From positions 104,282 to 154,993 of the forward strand of contig CBFHKU010000006.1 in NCBI GenBank assembly GCA_965656495.1: 50,712 bases of DNA. The letters run 5' to 3'. Source of the stretch: Coraliomargaritaceae bacterium. GTDB taxonomy: Bacteria > Verrucomicrobiota > Verrucomicrobiia > Opitutales > Coraliomargaritaceae. Below, piece by piece: positions 1 to 10,789 of the stretch. The number at the start of each line of letters is the position of its first letter. Position 1 is the first letter of the stretch. A program made the position numbers and the translations under genes. The notes under the pieces are model-generated. The model worked only from the letters and a program-made list of their open reading frames with translations, had not been told where the DNA came from and searched no databases.

Positions 1-1395
1 AGGGGCTATAACTTTGAGTCAAAATTTGCGACCGGGCTGGAATCAATCGGGATTTACCTGCACTTGGGCTTGAATGGGATTTCCCTCCCGCTGTTTTTGC
101 TCGCCGGGGTGGTTGGTTTTGCGGCGGGACTCTACGCCATGTTTTCAAATGCCGAGCGCCCGCACCTCTACCTTGCGCTCATGCTCTTCATGCAGGGCGG
201 TCTCATGGGCACCTTTGCCTCGGTTGATATTTTCTTCTTCTATTTCTTCCATGAGTTTGCCCTCATCCCGACCTTTATCATGATCGCGGTTTGGGGTGGA
301 ACCGGTCGCCGCAGCGCCGCGATGGAGATGACCATCTACCTCACGCTGGGCGCAATGCTTTCCTTGCTCGGTCTCATCGCGCTTTACGTGACGAGCGGGG
401 CGGAATCCTTCTCCCTTCCCGAATTGCGCGCCTACCTCGCGGCGCAGCCCTTGTCCGAGACCTTGCAGGCCAATATCTTTGCCCTCCTTTTGTTTGGCTT
501 CGGTATTTTGGTTTCGCTGTTCCCCTTTCACAGTTGGGCACCCAAGGGTTACGCCGCCGCGCCGACCGGAGCTGCGATGTTGCACGCCGGGGTCTTGAAG
601 AAGTTCGGGCTATATGGCCTGCTGCAAATTGCGGCTCCGCTCTTGCCTGCGGGACTGGCGCACTGGTTCCCTTGGCTCGCATGGCTCGCTTTGGGCAATA
701 TCATAATCATTGGCCTCATCACGATCGCGCAGCGCGACCTCAAGATGATGTTGGGCTACAGTTCGGTCATGCACATGGGTTATGCCTTTCTCGGTATAGC
801 GGCCTTCTCGGTTGTCGGGGTGGGCGGGGCTTTGTTGATGATGGTGGCGCACGGTTTGTCGGTGGCTCTGTTATTCATGCTCTCGACCTGCATTTATCAC
901 CGCAGCCTTACTTTTGATTTAAAGACAATGGGTGGACTTGCGACAAAGGCCCCGGTGCTTTGTGCGTTCTTTGTTGCCGCCTCGATGGCAAGTATTGGGC
1001 TACCGGGATTTGGAAATTTCTGGGGCGAGTTTACGATTTTCGTCGCCTTGGCGGAAACGGAAGCAACCCGTTGGCTCGTGCTGCCCGCCGCACTCGGCAT
1101 TATTATTTCCGCGATTTACGGCTTGCGGGCGGTCGCCAATATTTTCTTTGGGAGCCCCCGGGCGGAGTTCGCGGCGCGCCTTGAAAGCGATGCCGTCAAG
1201 GATGTGCAGGGATTTGAAAAAGCGCCCGCTCTGGTACTGCTGGCGGCGCTTGTCTTGATTGGAATCTTTCCCCGCTTGATTTCGGATCGGGCGGACGCGG
1301 AATTGGCGGGGCTCTATCCGGCGGGGGAGTCTCTGCCGCAATTTGAACCCATAGCCGTTGCACCTGAAAAAGTAGCCAAGGAGGAAACCCATTAA
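1..1395 (+). CDS. nuoM: NADH-quinone oxidoreductase subunit M (5'-partial, frame open from base 1)
   Basis: Polytopic membrane protein with FFxFHEFALIP, PFHSWAPKGY, HAGVLKKFGLYG, YSSVMHMG, MVAHGL and GLPGFGNFWGE motifs; stop overlaps the nuoN start (TAATG). Confidence 0.93.
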   Translation, partial: RGYNFESKFATGLESIGIYLHLGLNGISLPLFLLAGVVGFAAGLYAMFSNAERPHLYLALMLFMQGGLMGTFASVDIFFFYFFHEFALIPTFIMIAVWGGTGRRSAAMEMTIYLTLGAMLSLLGLIALYVTSGAESFSLPELRAYLAAQPLSETLQANIFALLLFGFGILVSLFPFHSWAPKGYAAAPTGAAMLHAGVLKKFGLYGLLQIAAPLLPAGLAHWFPWLAWLALGNIIIIGLITIAQRDLKMMLGYSSVMHMGYAFLGIAAFSVVGVGGALLMMVAHGLSVALLFMLSTCIYHRSLTFDLKTMGGLATKAPVLCAFFVAASMASIGLPGFGNFWGEFTIFVALAETEATRWLVLPAALGIIISAIYGLRAVANIFFGSPRAEFAARLESDAVKDVQGFEKAPALVLLAALVLIGIFPRLISDRADAELAGLYPAGESLPQFEPIAVAPEKVAKEETH

Positions 1396-2900
1396 TGAAC
1401 GAAGGATTGGCAGATTTTCTCCGCGGGATCGCGGCGACGAATGAGTGGTGGGTCATCCTGCCAGAGATCTTATTGGCGGTGCTGGCATTGGGCTTGTTGG
1501 TACTGGAATTACTTTCGCCCAAAATACGCAAACTAGTTCCGAGGGTAGCGCTTGCCGGACAGGGTCTGGTTCTGGCTTTACTCTTGGTCTTTGGATGTAG
1601 TGATTGCGCTGGAGAAATTGGGCAGTCCTACTTTGGGGGGCTTTTGCAGTCCAATGAATGGACGCTGCTTATGCGGGTCTTCTTTTTGTTCAGCGCCCTG
1701 ATGGTGTCTTATCTGGGGGGGCTCTTTTTGGCGCGGCAAAATTTGGCGCATTCGGAATTCTACCATTTGGTGATTCTGGTTGCGGCGGCGATGATGCTGC
1801 TGGTGCAGAGCAACAATTTTGTAATGCTCTTTGTGGCGCTCGAGATGGTTACGGTCGCCTTCTATGTTCTCGTGGCGTATCGCCGGAGCAGTTCGCTCTC
1901 TTTGGAGGCGGGTATCAAATACCTGATTATGGGAGCCTTGAGTTCCTCCATTCTTCTTTTTGGTATTGTCCTATTATATGGCGTGGGGGGAAATCCCGCG
2001 CTGGCAGGTGCAACCGGCGATTCCCTTAATTTTGATGCCTTGGGCAGCTTCATTGCCTTGAACCCGGACAACCTGCTGGTCTTGATCGGGGCGTTGTTGG
2101 TCTTGGCGGGGCTTTGTTTTAAGATTGGCGCGGTTCCGTTTCAGATTTGGGTTCCGGATGTTTATCAGGGTGCGCCGACTCCGATTACGGCTTATCTGGC
2201 GGTGGCTTCGAAGGCCGCAGGCTTCATGGTGTTGCTGGTCTTACTGCACGGGCCTTTCATTTCTATACAGGAATTTTTGATTCCGGTGTTGGTCGTCATT
2301 GCGGCAGCGTCTATTTTGTTTGGAAACATTGCAGCCGTTACGCAGAGCAACCTTAAAAGACTGCTGGGTCTTTCGGGGGTTGCGCACGCGGGTTACCTCC
2401 TGATGGGAGTGGTGGCATCCTGTACGATCGCATGGGCTGAAAGTGCCGTGATCTTTTATTTGATCACCTACCTGCTCGCATCGTTTGCGGTATTCTTGGT
2501 CCTCTCACTGAGCGGGGAGGGTGACGACGCAGATTTGAATGTAGAGCACTACCGGAATTTCGCACAGCAACAACCCTTTCTCGGCGGGGTTCTGACCCTC
2601 GGTTTGGGCTCGTTGGCAGGTATTCCTCCCTTGGGTGGATTCGTAGCGAAGCTTTTTCTTTTCGTAGCGGCGTTTCAAGCCGGGCTTTACGGCTTGCTGG
2701 CGGTGGCGGTGATCGGAGTGGTGATCTCGATTTATTACTACTTCGGCTGGATTCGCGCACTTTATTTTAATGGCGCGGGTAGTGAAGCGATGAATCAAGC
2801 AGGTGAATTGCCAACGACTCAAAATCGATGCGTGATGGGTCTGCTGGTTGCCGCAATCATCGTGCTGGGTATTTTCCCGGGCGTGCTGGGCTTTATTTAA
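1395..2900 (+). CDS. nuoN: NADH-quinone oxidoreductase subunit N
   Basis: SLEAGIKYLIMGALSS, FKIGAVPFQIWVPDVYQGAPTP and SLAGIPPLGGFVAK motifs; follows nuoM. Confidence 0.95.
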   Translation: MNEGLADFLRGIAATNEWWVILPEILLAVLALGLLVLELLSPKIRKLVPRVALAGQGLVLALLLVFGCSDCAGEIGQSYFGGLLQSNEWTLLMRVFFLFSALMVSYLGGLFLARQNLAHSEFYHLVILVAAAMMLLVQSNNFVMLFVALEMVTVAFYVLVAYRRSSSLSLEAGIKYLIMGALSSSILLFGIVLLYGVGGNPALAGATGDSLNFDALGSFIALNPDNLLVLIGALLVLAGLCFKIGAVPFQIWVPDVYQGAPTPITAYLAVASKAAGFMVLLVLLHGPFISIQEFLIPVLVVIAAASILFGNIAAVTQSNLKRLLGLSGVAHAGYLLMGVVASCTIAWAESAVIFYLITYLLASFAVFLVLSLSGEGDDADLNVEHYRNFAQQQPFLGGVLTLGLGSLAGIPPLGGFVAKLFLFVAAFQAGLYGLLAVAVIGVVISIYYYFGWIRALYFNGAGSEAMNQAGELPTTQNRCVMGLLVAAIIVLGIFPGVLGFI

Positions 2901-2905
2901 GCTGG

Positions 2906-4501
2906 CTATTCCGTTGGGGTGTCGGCAGCAGCCTCGCGGAGTTGTTGAATCCTTTGGCGGGCTTTTTCTGCCTCAAAGTTCAGGTTTCGAAATACAAGAA
3001 ATTCGGCAGCATCTTCCAGGAACGCAATATCACTGGTTCCCTCGCGCAGGACTCGGCGATATTCCCGCAAAGCATTGTTCGGTTGGTTGGCCTCCTCCAT
3101 GGTACGCGCCATTAGTTTACGGATTTCAATAAGCTCCGGTTCTTTTTCAAGCAGGGCTTGCATCATAAGAATGAGCGTATCTTTTTTGATTTCGGTATTT
3201 TCTTGGCTGATGATGCTCTCAAGATAGGCGATTTGTGCCTGACTGGATCCGGGCCACTGGTTGGCAATCGACTGCCACATCTTTTGAGGATGGTTAACTT
3301 CCAAGGCAAAGGTGAAGCTAAAGATGGAAAGGATGCCTGCTACTGTGTAGAGTGCAAGATTACGCATCATACCCATCATTAGGCCCAGTTTGCTGCACAC
3401 CTTATCCAGGGCAAAGACACAGGAGACGCAGAGGACTGAGAGTGCCGCATAGTAGGTGAATAATTCATAGGCGGGCGTGCCGTCGATAAAGCTTCCAGTC
3501 CCGGAAATCACGGAAATAACGAGCAGGATGTAGGTGATGACCCCAAGTAAGAGGTTGCGTGCCCAATGATGCTTACGGTTTAAAACACCTAATACAATAA
3601 ATGGCGGGAAGAGTAGAAAAGGAGCAAGATTGATTCCCGTATTCACTGAATAACTCAGGTTTTCCGGAAGCGGCTGGTAGAATATCAGCTCAGCGGGGCT
3701 AAAGCTTTGTCTTAATAAATATTGCATGTAATGCCCGCTTTCAAAACTCCACTCGCTTAAGACAAAACGAGTCACTTCCAAGCCATCTTTACTGAACAGC
3801 CAGACGCCCACGAATAGATTGATGCAAAGAATCGGCAGGATCCAGTTATACTGATTTAATCTTGTGGGATAATCTTTACTGTAGGTTATTAAGGCAAAAA
3901 TAAGTGGAAGAAAGAGTAACTGCTTATTAATCAGCAAACCAATCGTCGAGAGCGCGATCATTAGTGAATAGCGCCGGGTGCTCAGCTTGTCTTGCGCAAG
4001 ATTGAGCACTGCGAGCATGATAATAAAGCCGAGTATGACATGCCGATGACCCGGCCAGAATAGGACCGGTATAATTGCCGGATGCACCGCAAACAGTAGC
4101 ACTGCCAGCCAAGTCCTCTTCAGGCGCAATTTTCTCAGTAAGGACCAGAGCAGACAAACTGCCAAAAAGTGTAGCGCGAGGTTGATGGCGCGATGCGTAA
4201 AGGCCGGGTCGAGGGGGATGTATGATTCCAGAAAATAGGAACTCAGGCTTATAGGGTCATATTTCCGGATCATTTCCGGCGCCCAGGCCTCAGTCCATGA
4301 AGTGATTTCGTAAAAGCCGCTCACAGTTGCCGGGGCATTTTTATTCCATAACTCCGATGATAGGAGGAGGGGGCCAAAGGCGAGCAGCACTAAAGCAAAG
4401 AGCAGGACATATTGCCGGGGAGTCGCGGATTCTCTTTTGCGCCGGTGTGATTTGGTAGCTTCGGTGGTGGCCGTTTGTGAGTCTGGGATCGCTTCGTGCA
4501 T
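2906..4501 (-). CDS. Multi-pass membrane protein, TMTC/GT-C-like, with C-terminal TPR-like region
   Basis: HRAINLALH...LLFAVHP...LFWPGHR resembles the TMTC-type N-terminal motif; many hydrophobic segments; helical C-terminus. Confidence 0.6.
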   Translation of the reverse strand: MHEAIPDSQTATTEATKSHRRKRESATPRQYVLLFALVLLAFGPLLLSSELWNKNAPATVSGFYEITSWTEAWAPEMIRKYDPISLSSYFLESYIPLDPAFTHRAINLALHFLAVCLLWSLLRKLRLKRTWLAVLLFAVHPAIIPVLFWPGHRHVILGFIIMLAVLNLAQDKLSTRRYSLMIALSTIGLLINKQLLFLPLIFALITYSKDYPTRLNQYNWILPILCINLFVGVWLFSKDGLEVTRFVLSEWSFESGHYMQYLLRQSFSPAELIFYQPLPENLSYSVNTGINLAPFLLFPPFIVLGVLNRKHHWARNLLLGVITYILLVISVISGTGSFIDGTPAYELFTYYAALSVLCVSCVFALDKVCSKLGLMMGMMRNLALYTVAGILSIFSFTFALEVNHPQKMWQSIANQWPGSSQAQIAYLESIISQENTEIKKDTLILMMQALLEKEPELIEIRKLMARTMEEANQPNNALREYRRVLREGTSDIAFLEDAAEFLVFRNLNFEAEKARQRIQQLREAAADTPTE

Positions 4502-4507
4502 TATGAA

Positions 4508-5026
4508 TCAGTGGTGTATATACGATTTAGGATCAAGTCCTCGGGCGGTGAGCGCCTGCGCAAGTGCGTTTAGGTCAATAGAATCGCCGATTTCGATCCC
4601 GAGCGCTGCCATTTGTCCCTGCTCAAGCTCAAGGGCAAATTTGATTTCATTACTGCGTGAAAGAACCGGGCGTTCATCGTACGGAAACAAGCGGTGCGAT
4701 TCAACGAGCCTTCCTTCCGCAGTAAAATAGGCAAGGTCGAGCGGTAGCGGGGTGTTACGCATCCAAAAAGAGCGTTGTTTGGGTTCTGCAAAAATAAAAA
4801 GCATCCCATGGCGCGGAGCAAGTGCCTCGCGAAACATCAAACCGCGTGCCTGCTCGTTCGGATGAACCGCCAATTGCAATTCCAGTGGAGCGTCTCCCAC
4901 CGCGATGGGGAAGCAGTCTTCTGGCCCGGCAGGGGCGGACTCTTGGGGCGTGGGGGAACAAGCCGCTAAGCAGAGCAGGAGCAGCCATTTCGTGAAGGAG
5001 ATTTGCGATAAAAACTTGCAGGCCAT
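4508..5026 (-). CDS. DUF192 family protein, probable lipoprotein
   Basis: ARGLMFRE, GMLFIF, FWMRNTPLPLD and ALEL motifs; LAAC lipobox. Confidence 0.88.
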   Translation of the reverse strand: MACKFLSQISFTKWLLLLCLAACSPTPQESAPAGPEDCFPIAVGDAPLELQLAVHPNEQARGLMFREALAPRHGMLFIFAEPKQRSFWMRNTPLPLDLAYFTAEGRLVESHRLFPYDERPVLSRSNEIKFALELEQGQMAALGIEIGDSIDLNALAQALTARGLDPKSYIHH

Positions 5027-5095
5027 GCGTTAAATCAAGGTAATTCAGTTAATCCTTTTTAACACATAGATGCTTTTTACTAAGAATCAAACGTT

Positions 5096-6241
5096 ATGAG
5101 CCGTCAAATATCCAAGGCGCGCTTTCTTTACAGCAGCACCGCGCAATGCGCCGATCTCTTCTATCTGTGCGGGGTTCAGGTGCCGGACGCATTTCTTGCA
5201 GGTGTGATACGCGGGGAATCCTTCGCGGTGGTCAATCGCCTGGAGTTTAGCCGGGTTGCTTCAAATGGTTTGTTGGGCGAGGTGCGTTTGCTTGAGACGG
5301 AGCAGCGCAAGGCGAGTGAAGTTTTGGGCATGGCGCTCGCTGATGTTGGCCCCTCAGAACTCATTCTCTACTACTTGCGTCGTGCGCGTCTGCGTTCGAT
5401 CGAGGTTCCATGCGATTTCCCTGCGGCGCTCTACGCGCGACTGGTAGCGGCCGGGATCCGGGTTGAGTTTGGCCCGGAACCTTTTTTCAAGGAGCGCGAA
5501 TGCAAAACCGAAGCGGAGGCAAAAGCGATCCGCGCCGGGAATGCCGCAAGTGCCGCCGGGATTCGCGCTGCGGAAAAAGTACTCCGGGAAGCGGTCATTG
5601 TGGGCAACTATTTGAAATACAAAGGGCGCACCCTGACCTCGGAGGTTTTGCGAGCGGCCGTCGACCGCGCGTGCCTCGAACGCGGGGCGCTTGCGCAAAA
5701 CACGATTGTGGCAGGCGGCAACCAGGCGTGCGATCCCCACGAGGGCGGGCATGGCCCCTTGCGCCCCCATCAATTGATTATCGTGGATTGTTTTCCCCGT
5801 ATTCAAGCAACGGGTTATCATGGCGATATGACGCGTACCTTTCTCAAAGGGCGGGCAAACGACGCCCAGCGTGCCTTGGTGGCAGCGGTGCGCGCCGCGC
5901 AACTTGCCTCGCTTTCAAAGGTGAAACATGGCGCACGCGGCTCCGCGGTGCACGCCGCAGGGGAGGCCGTTTTTAAAGAACGCGGTTACCGTACCGAGCG
6001 TCGCGGGGACGCTTTTGTTGGATTTATTCATTCCACGGGCCATGGCCTCGGCTTGGAGGTGCATGAATGTCCCCGGGTCTCACGCGGAGCGCCTGCCTTA
6101 AAAGCCGGGCAGGTCATTACGGTTGAACCGGGACTTTATTATCCCGGCCTCGGAGCCTGTCGCATTGAGGACGTGGTACAGGTGACCCGCAAGGGCTATG
6201 AACCCCTTTCCTCCATGCATTACCGTTGGGAGATTCGCTAG
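5096..6241 (+). CDS. M24 family Xaa-Pro aminopeptidase
   Basis: GYHGDMTRT, HSTGHGLGLEVHE, TVEPGLY and RIED motifs. Confidence 0.92.
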   Translation: MSRQISKARFLYSSTAQCADLFYLCGVQVPDAFLAGVIRGESFAVVNRLEFSRVASNGLLGEVRLLETEQRKASEVLGMALADVGPSELILYYLRRARLRSIEVPCDFPAALYARLVAAGIRVEFGPEPFFKERECKTEAEAKAIRAGNAASAAGIRAAEKVLREAVIVGNYLKYKGRTLTSEVLRAAVDRACLERGALAQNTIVAGGNQACDPHEGGHGPLRPHQLIIVDCFPRIQATGYHGDMTRTFLKGRANDAQRALVAAVRAAQLASLSKVKHGARGSAVHAAGEAVFKERGYRTERRGDAFVGFIHSTGHGLGLEVHECPRVSRGAPALKAGQVITVEPGLYYPGLGACRIEDVVQVTRKGYEPLSSMHYRWEIR

Positions 6242-6248
6242 TCCGCTG

Positions 6249-7493
6249 CTAAAATTCGAACTGGTATTTCGCGAGGCGGGTGCCGATCTCCTTGAGAATT
6301 GACGCTTCACCTTCCAGACCGTCCGCCGCAAAGGTCACCGAGAAGCGCACAAAATGACCGCAGTCATCCCACGGCACGGTGCTGATCAATTCATTCGTAA
6401 TGAGCCATTGACTGAAGGCTTCGCCGTTTTCGAAGGTTTCGGTCTCGCCCGCCAGCGTAGCGGATTTTGGAGCGGCAACATAAAGGAAGAAACTCCCCTC
6501 CGGTTTGGTGGCGTTGAAGCCACTCGCTCCGAGGATTTCAACCAGATGATCCATGCGGCGGGAATACTTTGCCGCAATGGCCTCGGTTATCTCGGGGTGC
6601 TCGAGCGCCGCCGCACCTGCTTTCTGAATCGCGAGGAATTGCCCGGAATCGGAATTGTCCTTCATGTCGCCATATGCCTTCACGATCAGGGGATTGCCCA
6701 CCACAAAGCCGATGCGCCAGCCCGTCATGTTGTAGCTCTTCGAAAGCGAGTGAAGTTCCACCGCGACATCCTTGGCGCCCTCCACTTGTAGGATGGATTG
6801 CGGCTCGCCGTTAAAGATGAGGGAAGCATAGGCGGCGTCCTGCACGATGATGAGGTCATTGGCTTTGGCGAATTCGATAGCCTCGAGGTAGAATTCACGG
6901 GTTGCGGATGCCCCGGTCGGGTTGTTCGGGTAATTCAGCACCATCATTTTTGCCTTTGCGCAAATCTCGGATGGCACCGCCTTGAGGTCGGGCAGGAAAT
7001 TATTGGCAGCCTCGAGCGGCATATTGTAGACCTCGCCTCCGTAGAATTTCGCATGACTGCCAAGGACCGGATAACCCGGCACCGTCATCAGGACAACATC
7101 ACCCGGATTAATGAAACAGGCGGGCAGCATCGTCAGGGCGGTTTTGGAGCCGATCGAGTGGATGACTTCCGTCTCTGCGTCGATTCCCTTCACCCCAAAG
7201 ACTTCCTCCATGTAGCGCGCTGCGGCGTGCTTGAAAGCGTCGCCCCCGTTATCGGCGTAGCCCCGGTTCTCCGGTTTGGCGGCTTCCGCCTGTAAGGTCT
7301 CCACTACAACCGGAAAGGCCATTTCGTCCGGTTCACCGACGCCCATATCAATGAGGGTGACCTCCGGCTTTGCAGTCATCGCCGCTTTTTTAGCGCGCTT
7401 GATCTTCTCAAACTTATAGATTGCGGTAGATTTACCGTATTGATTGCCACCGATGCGTTCGGCGAAGAGTTCCTGAATATATGGATCGCTCAT
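6249..7493 (-). CDS. dapL: LL-diaminopimelate aminotransferase (class I/II PLP aminotransferase)
   Basis: DMGVGEPD, NYPNNPTG, DAAY and HSLSKSYNMTGWRIG motifs; N-terminal YKFEKIKRAK typical of DapL-like proteins. Confidence 0.82.
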   Translation of the reverse strand: MSDPYIQELFAERIGGNQYGKSTAIYKFEKIKRAKKAAMTAKPEVTLIDMGVGEPDEMAFPVVVETLQAEAAKPENRGYADNGGDAFKHAAARYMEEVFGVKGIDAETEVIHSIGSKTALTMLPACFINPGDVVLMTVPGYPVLGSHAKFYGGEVYNMPLEAANNFLPDLKAVPSEICAKAKMMVLNYPNNPTGASATREFYLEAIEFAKANDLIIVQDAAYASLIFNGEPQSILQVEGAKDVAVELHSLSKSYNMTGWRIGFVVGNPLIVKAYGDMKDNSDSGQFLAIQKAGAAALEHPEITEAIAAKYSRRMDHLVEILGASGFNATKPEGSFFLYVAAPKSATLAGETETFENGEAFSQWLITNELISTVPWDDCGHFVRFSVTFAADGLEGEASILKEIGTRLAKYQFEF

Positions 7494-7577
7494 GAATAAT
7501 GCTTTAGAGGTTACTAATTGGTTACTATAGGGTTGAGATGTTTAAGGTCTCCGTTAAATTTTTGGATTTTCTGATAT

Positions 7578-8420
7578 ATGCAAACAATACAATCGATTCA
7601 TGAGATGCAATCTTCTGCGATCGCTTTGCGTTCAAGCGGGCATTTGATTGCGCTCGTGCCAACAATGGGTTGCTTGCATGAAGGCCATGCAGATTTGATT
7701 GATATTGCCCGCGAGAAGGCTGACAAGGTCATAGTCTCAATTTTTGTCAATCCCGCCCAATTTGGTCCCAACGAGGACTTCGCAAAATACCCCCGCGCCT
7801 TGGATGCCGATCTGGAGCTCTGTCGCGAGCACGGGGTTGATTTTGTCTTCAACCCGCAGGCCGAGGCGCTCTATCCCGCAGATTTCTCGACCTTTGTCGT
7901 AGAGGAAAAACTCAGCGCGGGCCTCTGTGGGATTTCCCGCCCCAATCATTTCCGCGGGGTCGCCACCATCTGCCTGAAGCTCTTCAACATCACCCGCCCG
8001 GATGTTGCGGTCTTTGGACAAAAGGATGCCCAACAACTCGCGCTCATCCGCAAAATGACCGCCGACCTCAACCTCCCGCTCGAAATCGTAGCGGGGCCAA
8101 CCCGCCGCGATCCGGACGGCCTTGCCACCAGTTCCCGCAATCGTTACCTCAGCGACAGCCAACGCGAGGACGCCCTGCGTATACCACGCGCCCTTGAAAC
8201 CGCCCGCGAACTGGTCGCCTCCGGGGTGCGCCAAGTGGATCGCGTCATCGCCGAGATCACCCATGAACTCACTCAGTCCCGCCGGATTCGCGTGATCTAT
8301 GTGCAGGTTGTGGACCGTGACACCATGGGACCCGCCCGCGAAATCGTTCCCGGGCGCCACCTCGCAACCGTCGCGGTCTGGGTCGAAGACACCCGTTTGA
8401 TCGACAATATCGAGCTCTAA
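7578..8420 (+). CDS. panC: Pantoate--beta-alanine ligase
   Basis: VPTMGCLHEGH, SIFVNPAQF, FGQKDAQQ, SSRNRYL and RLIDN motifs. Confidence 0.97.
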   Translation: MQTIQSIHEMQSSAIALRSSGHLIALVPTMGCLHEGHADLIDIAREKADKVIVSIFVNPAQFGPNEDFAKYPRALDADLELCREHGVDFVFNPQAEALYPADFSTFVVEEKLSAGLCGISRPNHFRGVATICLKLFNITRPDVAVFGQKDAQQLALIRKMTADLNLPLEIVAGPTRRDPDGLATSSRNRYLSDSQREDALRIPRALETARELVASGVRQVDRVIAEITHELTQSRRIRVIYVQVVDRDTMGPAREIVPGRHLATVAVWVEDTRLIDNIEL

Positions 8421-8426
8421 TCAAGC

Positions 8427-10013
8427 ATGTCGCATCAATATGACGTCGTGGTGGTTGGCAGTGGAATTGCCGGCCTGAGTTTTGCCCTCAAAGTCGCGGC
8501 GGCGGGTCAATCTGTTGCGATCATCACCAAAAAAAACTCGGCGGAATCGAACACCAATTACGCCCAGGGTGGAATCGCCGCAGTCACTTCCCGCACCGAT
8601 GATGTCGAGACCCACGTCGCCGACACGCTCGATGCCGGTGACGGGCTTTGTAATGCCGACGCGGTTCGCGAAATTTTAAAAGACGGCCCCGCCTGTATTG
8701 AGGAACTGATTGAATACGGAGTGGCCTTCAGTCAACTGGAAGACGGTCGCGTTTCCCTCGGCAAAGAGGGCGGGCATACCAAGCGCCGCATCCTTCACGT
8801 CAAAGACGTCACGGGCAAAGCGATCGAGCAGGCGCTCCTGCAGGCCGTGGCAGACAGCCCCCGGATCCAAACCCTGGAGCACCATTTTGCAATCGAGTTG
8901 ATCACCACCGCGAAGCTTCGCTGCGCGGGCCCCAATCGGGTCCTCGGGCTTTACGTGCTCGATACTCAGACGGAACGAGTCGAAACCTTCCACGCCGGGG
9001 CAGTCTTGCTGGCGACCGGCGGCATTGGGCAGGTCTATGCCTACACCACCAACCCTGCCATTGCGACCGGCGACGGCATTGCGATGGCAGCCCGTGCCGG
9101 CGTCGAAATCCGCAATATGGAATTCATCCAATTCCACCCCACCGCTTTTTATTCATCCGACGGCAGCCGTTTCCTAGTCAGTGAAGCGGTTCGCGGCGAG
9201 GGCGGGATCCTTCGCAACCTGCAGGGCGAAGCGTTCATGGCACGTTATGACGCCCGCGCCGACCTTGCCCCCCGCGATATCGTGGCACGTGCCATTGATA
9301 CCGAAATGAAGGAATCCGGTTCCCGACACGTTTGGCTCGACGTGCGCCATCTTCCCGAAGCGACCCTTCGCGAACGCTTCCCGAATATTTATGATTATTG
9401 CGCCGGGCAGGGCATTCGCATCGAGGAGGCGATGATCCCGGTGGTTCCCGCCGCGCATTACCTCTGTGGGGGTGTTGCCACCGCGCTCGATGGTGCTACC
9501 GATTTACCCGGTCTCTACGCCTGTGGCGAAGTCGCCTGCACCGGTCTGCACGGCGCCAACCGTCTCGCCAGCAATTCCCTCCTCGAAGCGGTCGTGATGG
9601 CGCGTCGGGGTTCGGCGGCAGTTTGCGATTACCTTACCCAGGGCAATTTTGAATCTGTCACGATTCCAGATTGGGCGGACGGCGATCTTCGCGATTCCGA
9701 CGAGCGGGTGGTGCTCACGCACAACCGTGACGAGTTAAAACGCACCCTCTGGGACTATGTCAGTATTGTGCGCACCGATAAACGCCTCGAACGCGCCCGC
9801 ACCCGCATTCAAGTGCTGGATAAGGAAATCAATGACTATTACTGGAACTTCAAAGTCGATGTGCCGCTCCTTGAACTGCGCAACATGATCCTCGTCGCTT
9901 CCTTGGTCATTGATTGCGCCCTCCAGCGCCGCGAGAGCCGCGGCCTCCATTTCACCGCCGACCACCCGGAGCAAACCGACCCCGCAGTCGATAGCTCCAT
10001 CCGCCTTTCCTGA
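8427..10013 (+). CDS. nadB: L-aspartate oxidase
   Basis: GSGIAGL, YAQGGIAA, EGGHTKRRILH, QFHPT, GLHGANRLASNSLLE and ESRGLH motifs. Confidence 0.96.
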   Translation: MSHQYDVVVVGSGIAGLSFALKVAAAGQSVAIITKKNSAESNTNYAQGGIAAVTSRTDDVETHVADTLDAGDGLCNADAVREILKDGPACIEELIEYGVAFSQLEDGRVSLGKEGGHTKRRILHVKDVTGKAIEQALLQAVADSPRIQTLEHHFAIELITTAKLRCAGPNRVLGLYVLDTQTERVETFHAGAVLLATGGIGQVYAYTTNPAIATGDGIAMAARAGVEIRNMEFIQFHPTAFYSSDGSRFLVSEAVRGEGGILRNLQGEAFMARYDARADLAPRDIVARAIDTEMKESGSRHVWLDVRHLPEATLRERFPNIYDYCAGQGIRIEEAMIPVVPAAHYLCGGVATALDGATDLPGLYACGEVACTGLHGANRLASNSLLEAVVMARRGSAAVCDYLTQGNFESVTIPDWADGDLRDSDERVVLTHNRDELKRTLWDYVSIVRTDKRLERARTRIQVLDKEINDYYWNFKVDVPLLELRNMILVASLVIDCALQRRESRGLHFTADHPEQTDPAVDSSIRLS

Positions 10014-10027
10014 TTCCGCTCCACCTT

Positions 10028-10681
10028 ATGCTCAAAGCAGAACGCGTCGCCCATATTCAAGAGACCCTCGAACGGCTCTACCCGGAGACCCCCGTACCGC
10101 TGGACCACCGCGACCCCTACACCCTCCTTGTCGCGGTCCTCCTCTCCGCCCAATGCACGGATGCCCGCGTCAACCAAATCACCCCACTGCTCTTTGCAAA
10201 GGCGGATAACCCACACGATATGGTCAAACTTTCTGTTGAGGACATCCACGCCATCATTCGGCCCTGCGGACTCGCCCCCATGAAGTCCAAGGGCATTGCA
10301 GGACTCTCGCGCATCCTCGTCGATCAATACGACGGCAAAGTACCGGCAGACATGGCGGCGCTGGAAGCCCTTCCCGCTGTGGGGCACAAGACCGCCTCGG
10401 TGGTCATGAGTCAGGCATTTGGGGTGCCCGCCTTTCCGGTCGATACCCATATTCATCGCCTCGCACAACGATGGGGCCTCAGTTCCGGAAAAAACGTCGT
10501 GCAGACCGAGAAGGATTTGAAGCGCCTCTTCCCCCGCGAGAAGTGGAACGCCCTGCATTTACAGATTATCTTCTACGGTCGCGAATATTGCACCGCCCGC
10601 GGTTGCGACGGCACCGTCTGCCCGCTCTGTCGCGAGCTTTACCCCCAGCGCAAAAAACCGGTCGTCACCCGAAAGGGCTAG
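10028..10681 (+). CDS. nth: Endonuclease III
   Basis: LLSAQCTDARVN, HhH motif LPAVGHKTASVV, VDTHIHR, C-terminal 4-Cys Fe-S motif. Confidence 0.96.
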   Translation: MLKAERVAHIQETLERLYPETPVPLDHRDPYTLLVAVLLSAQCTDARVNQITPLLFAKADNPHDMVKLSVEDIHAIIRPCGLAPMKSKGIAGLSRILVDQYDGKVPADMAALEALPAVGHKTASVVMSQAFGVPAFPVDTHIHRLAQRWGLSSGKNVVQTEKDLKRLFPREKWNALHLQIIFYGREYCTARGCDGTVCPLCRELYPQRKKPVVTRKG

Positions 10682-10789
10682 GGAAGAAACTTATGCAGGA
10701 ATCATTAAAACGGCTTTCTATTCAAGAGGCTAAATCCGCCTGAGAAGTCACTTTCAAAACGAATTCAGCAGCGGCAAGACGTTCCAGAA

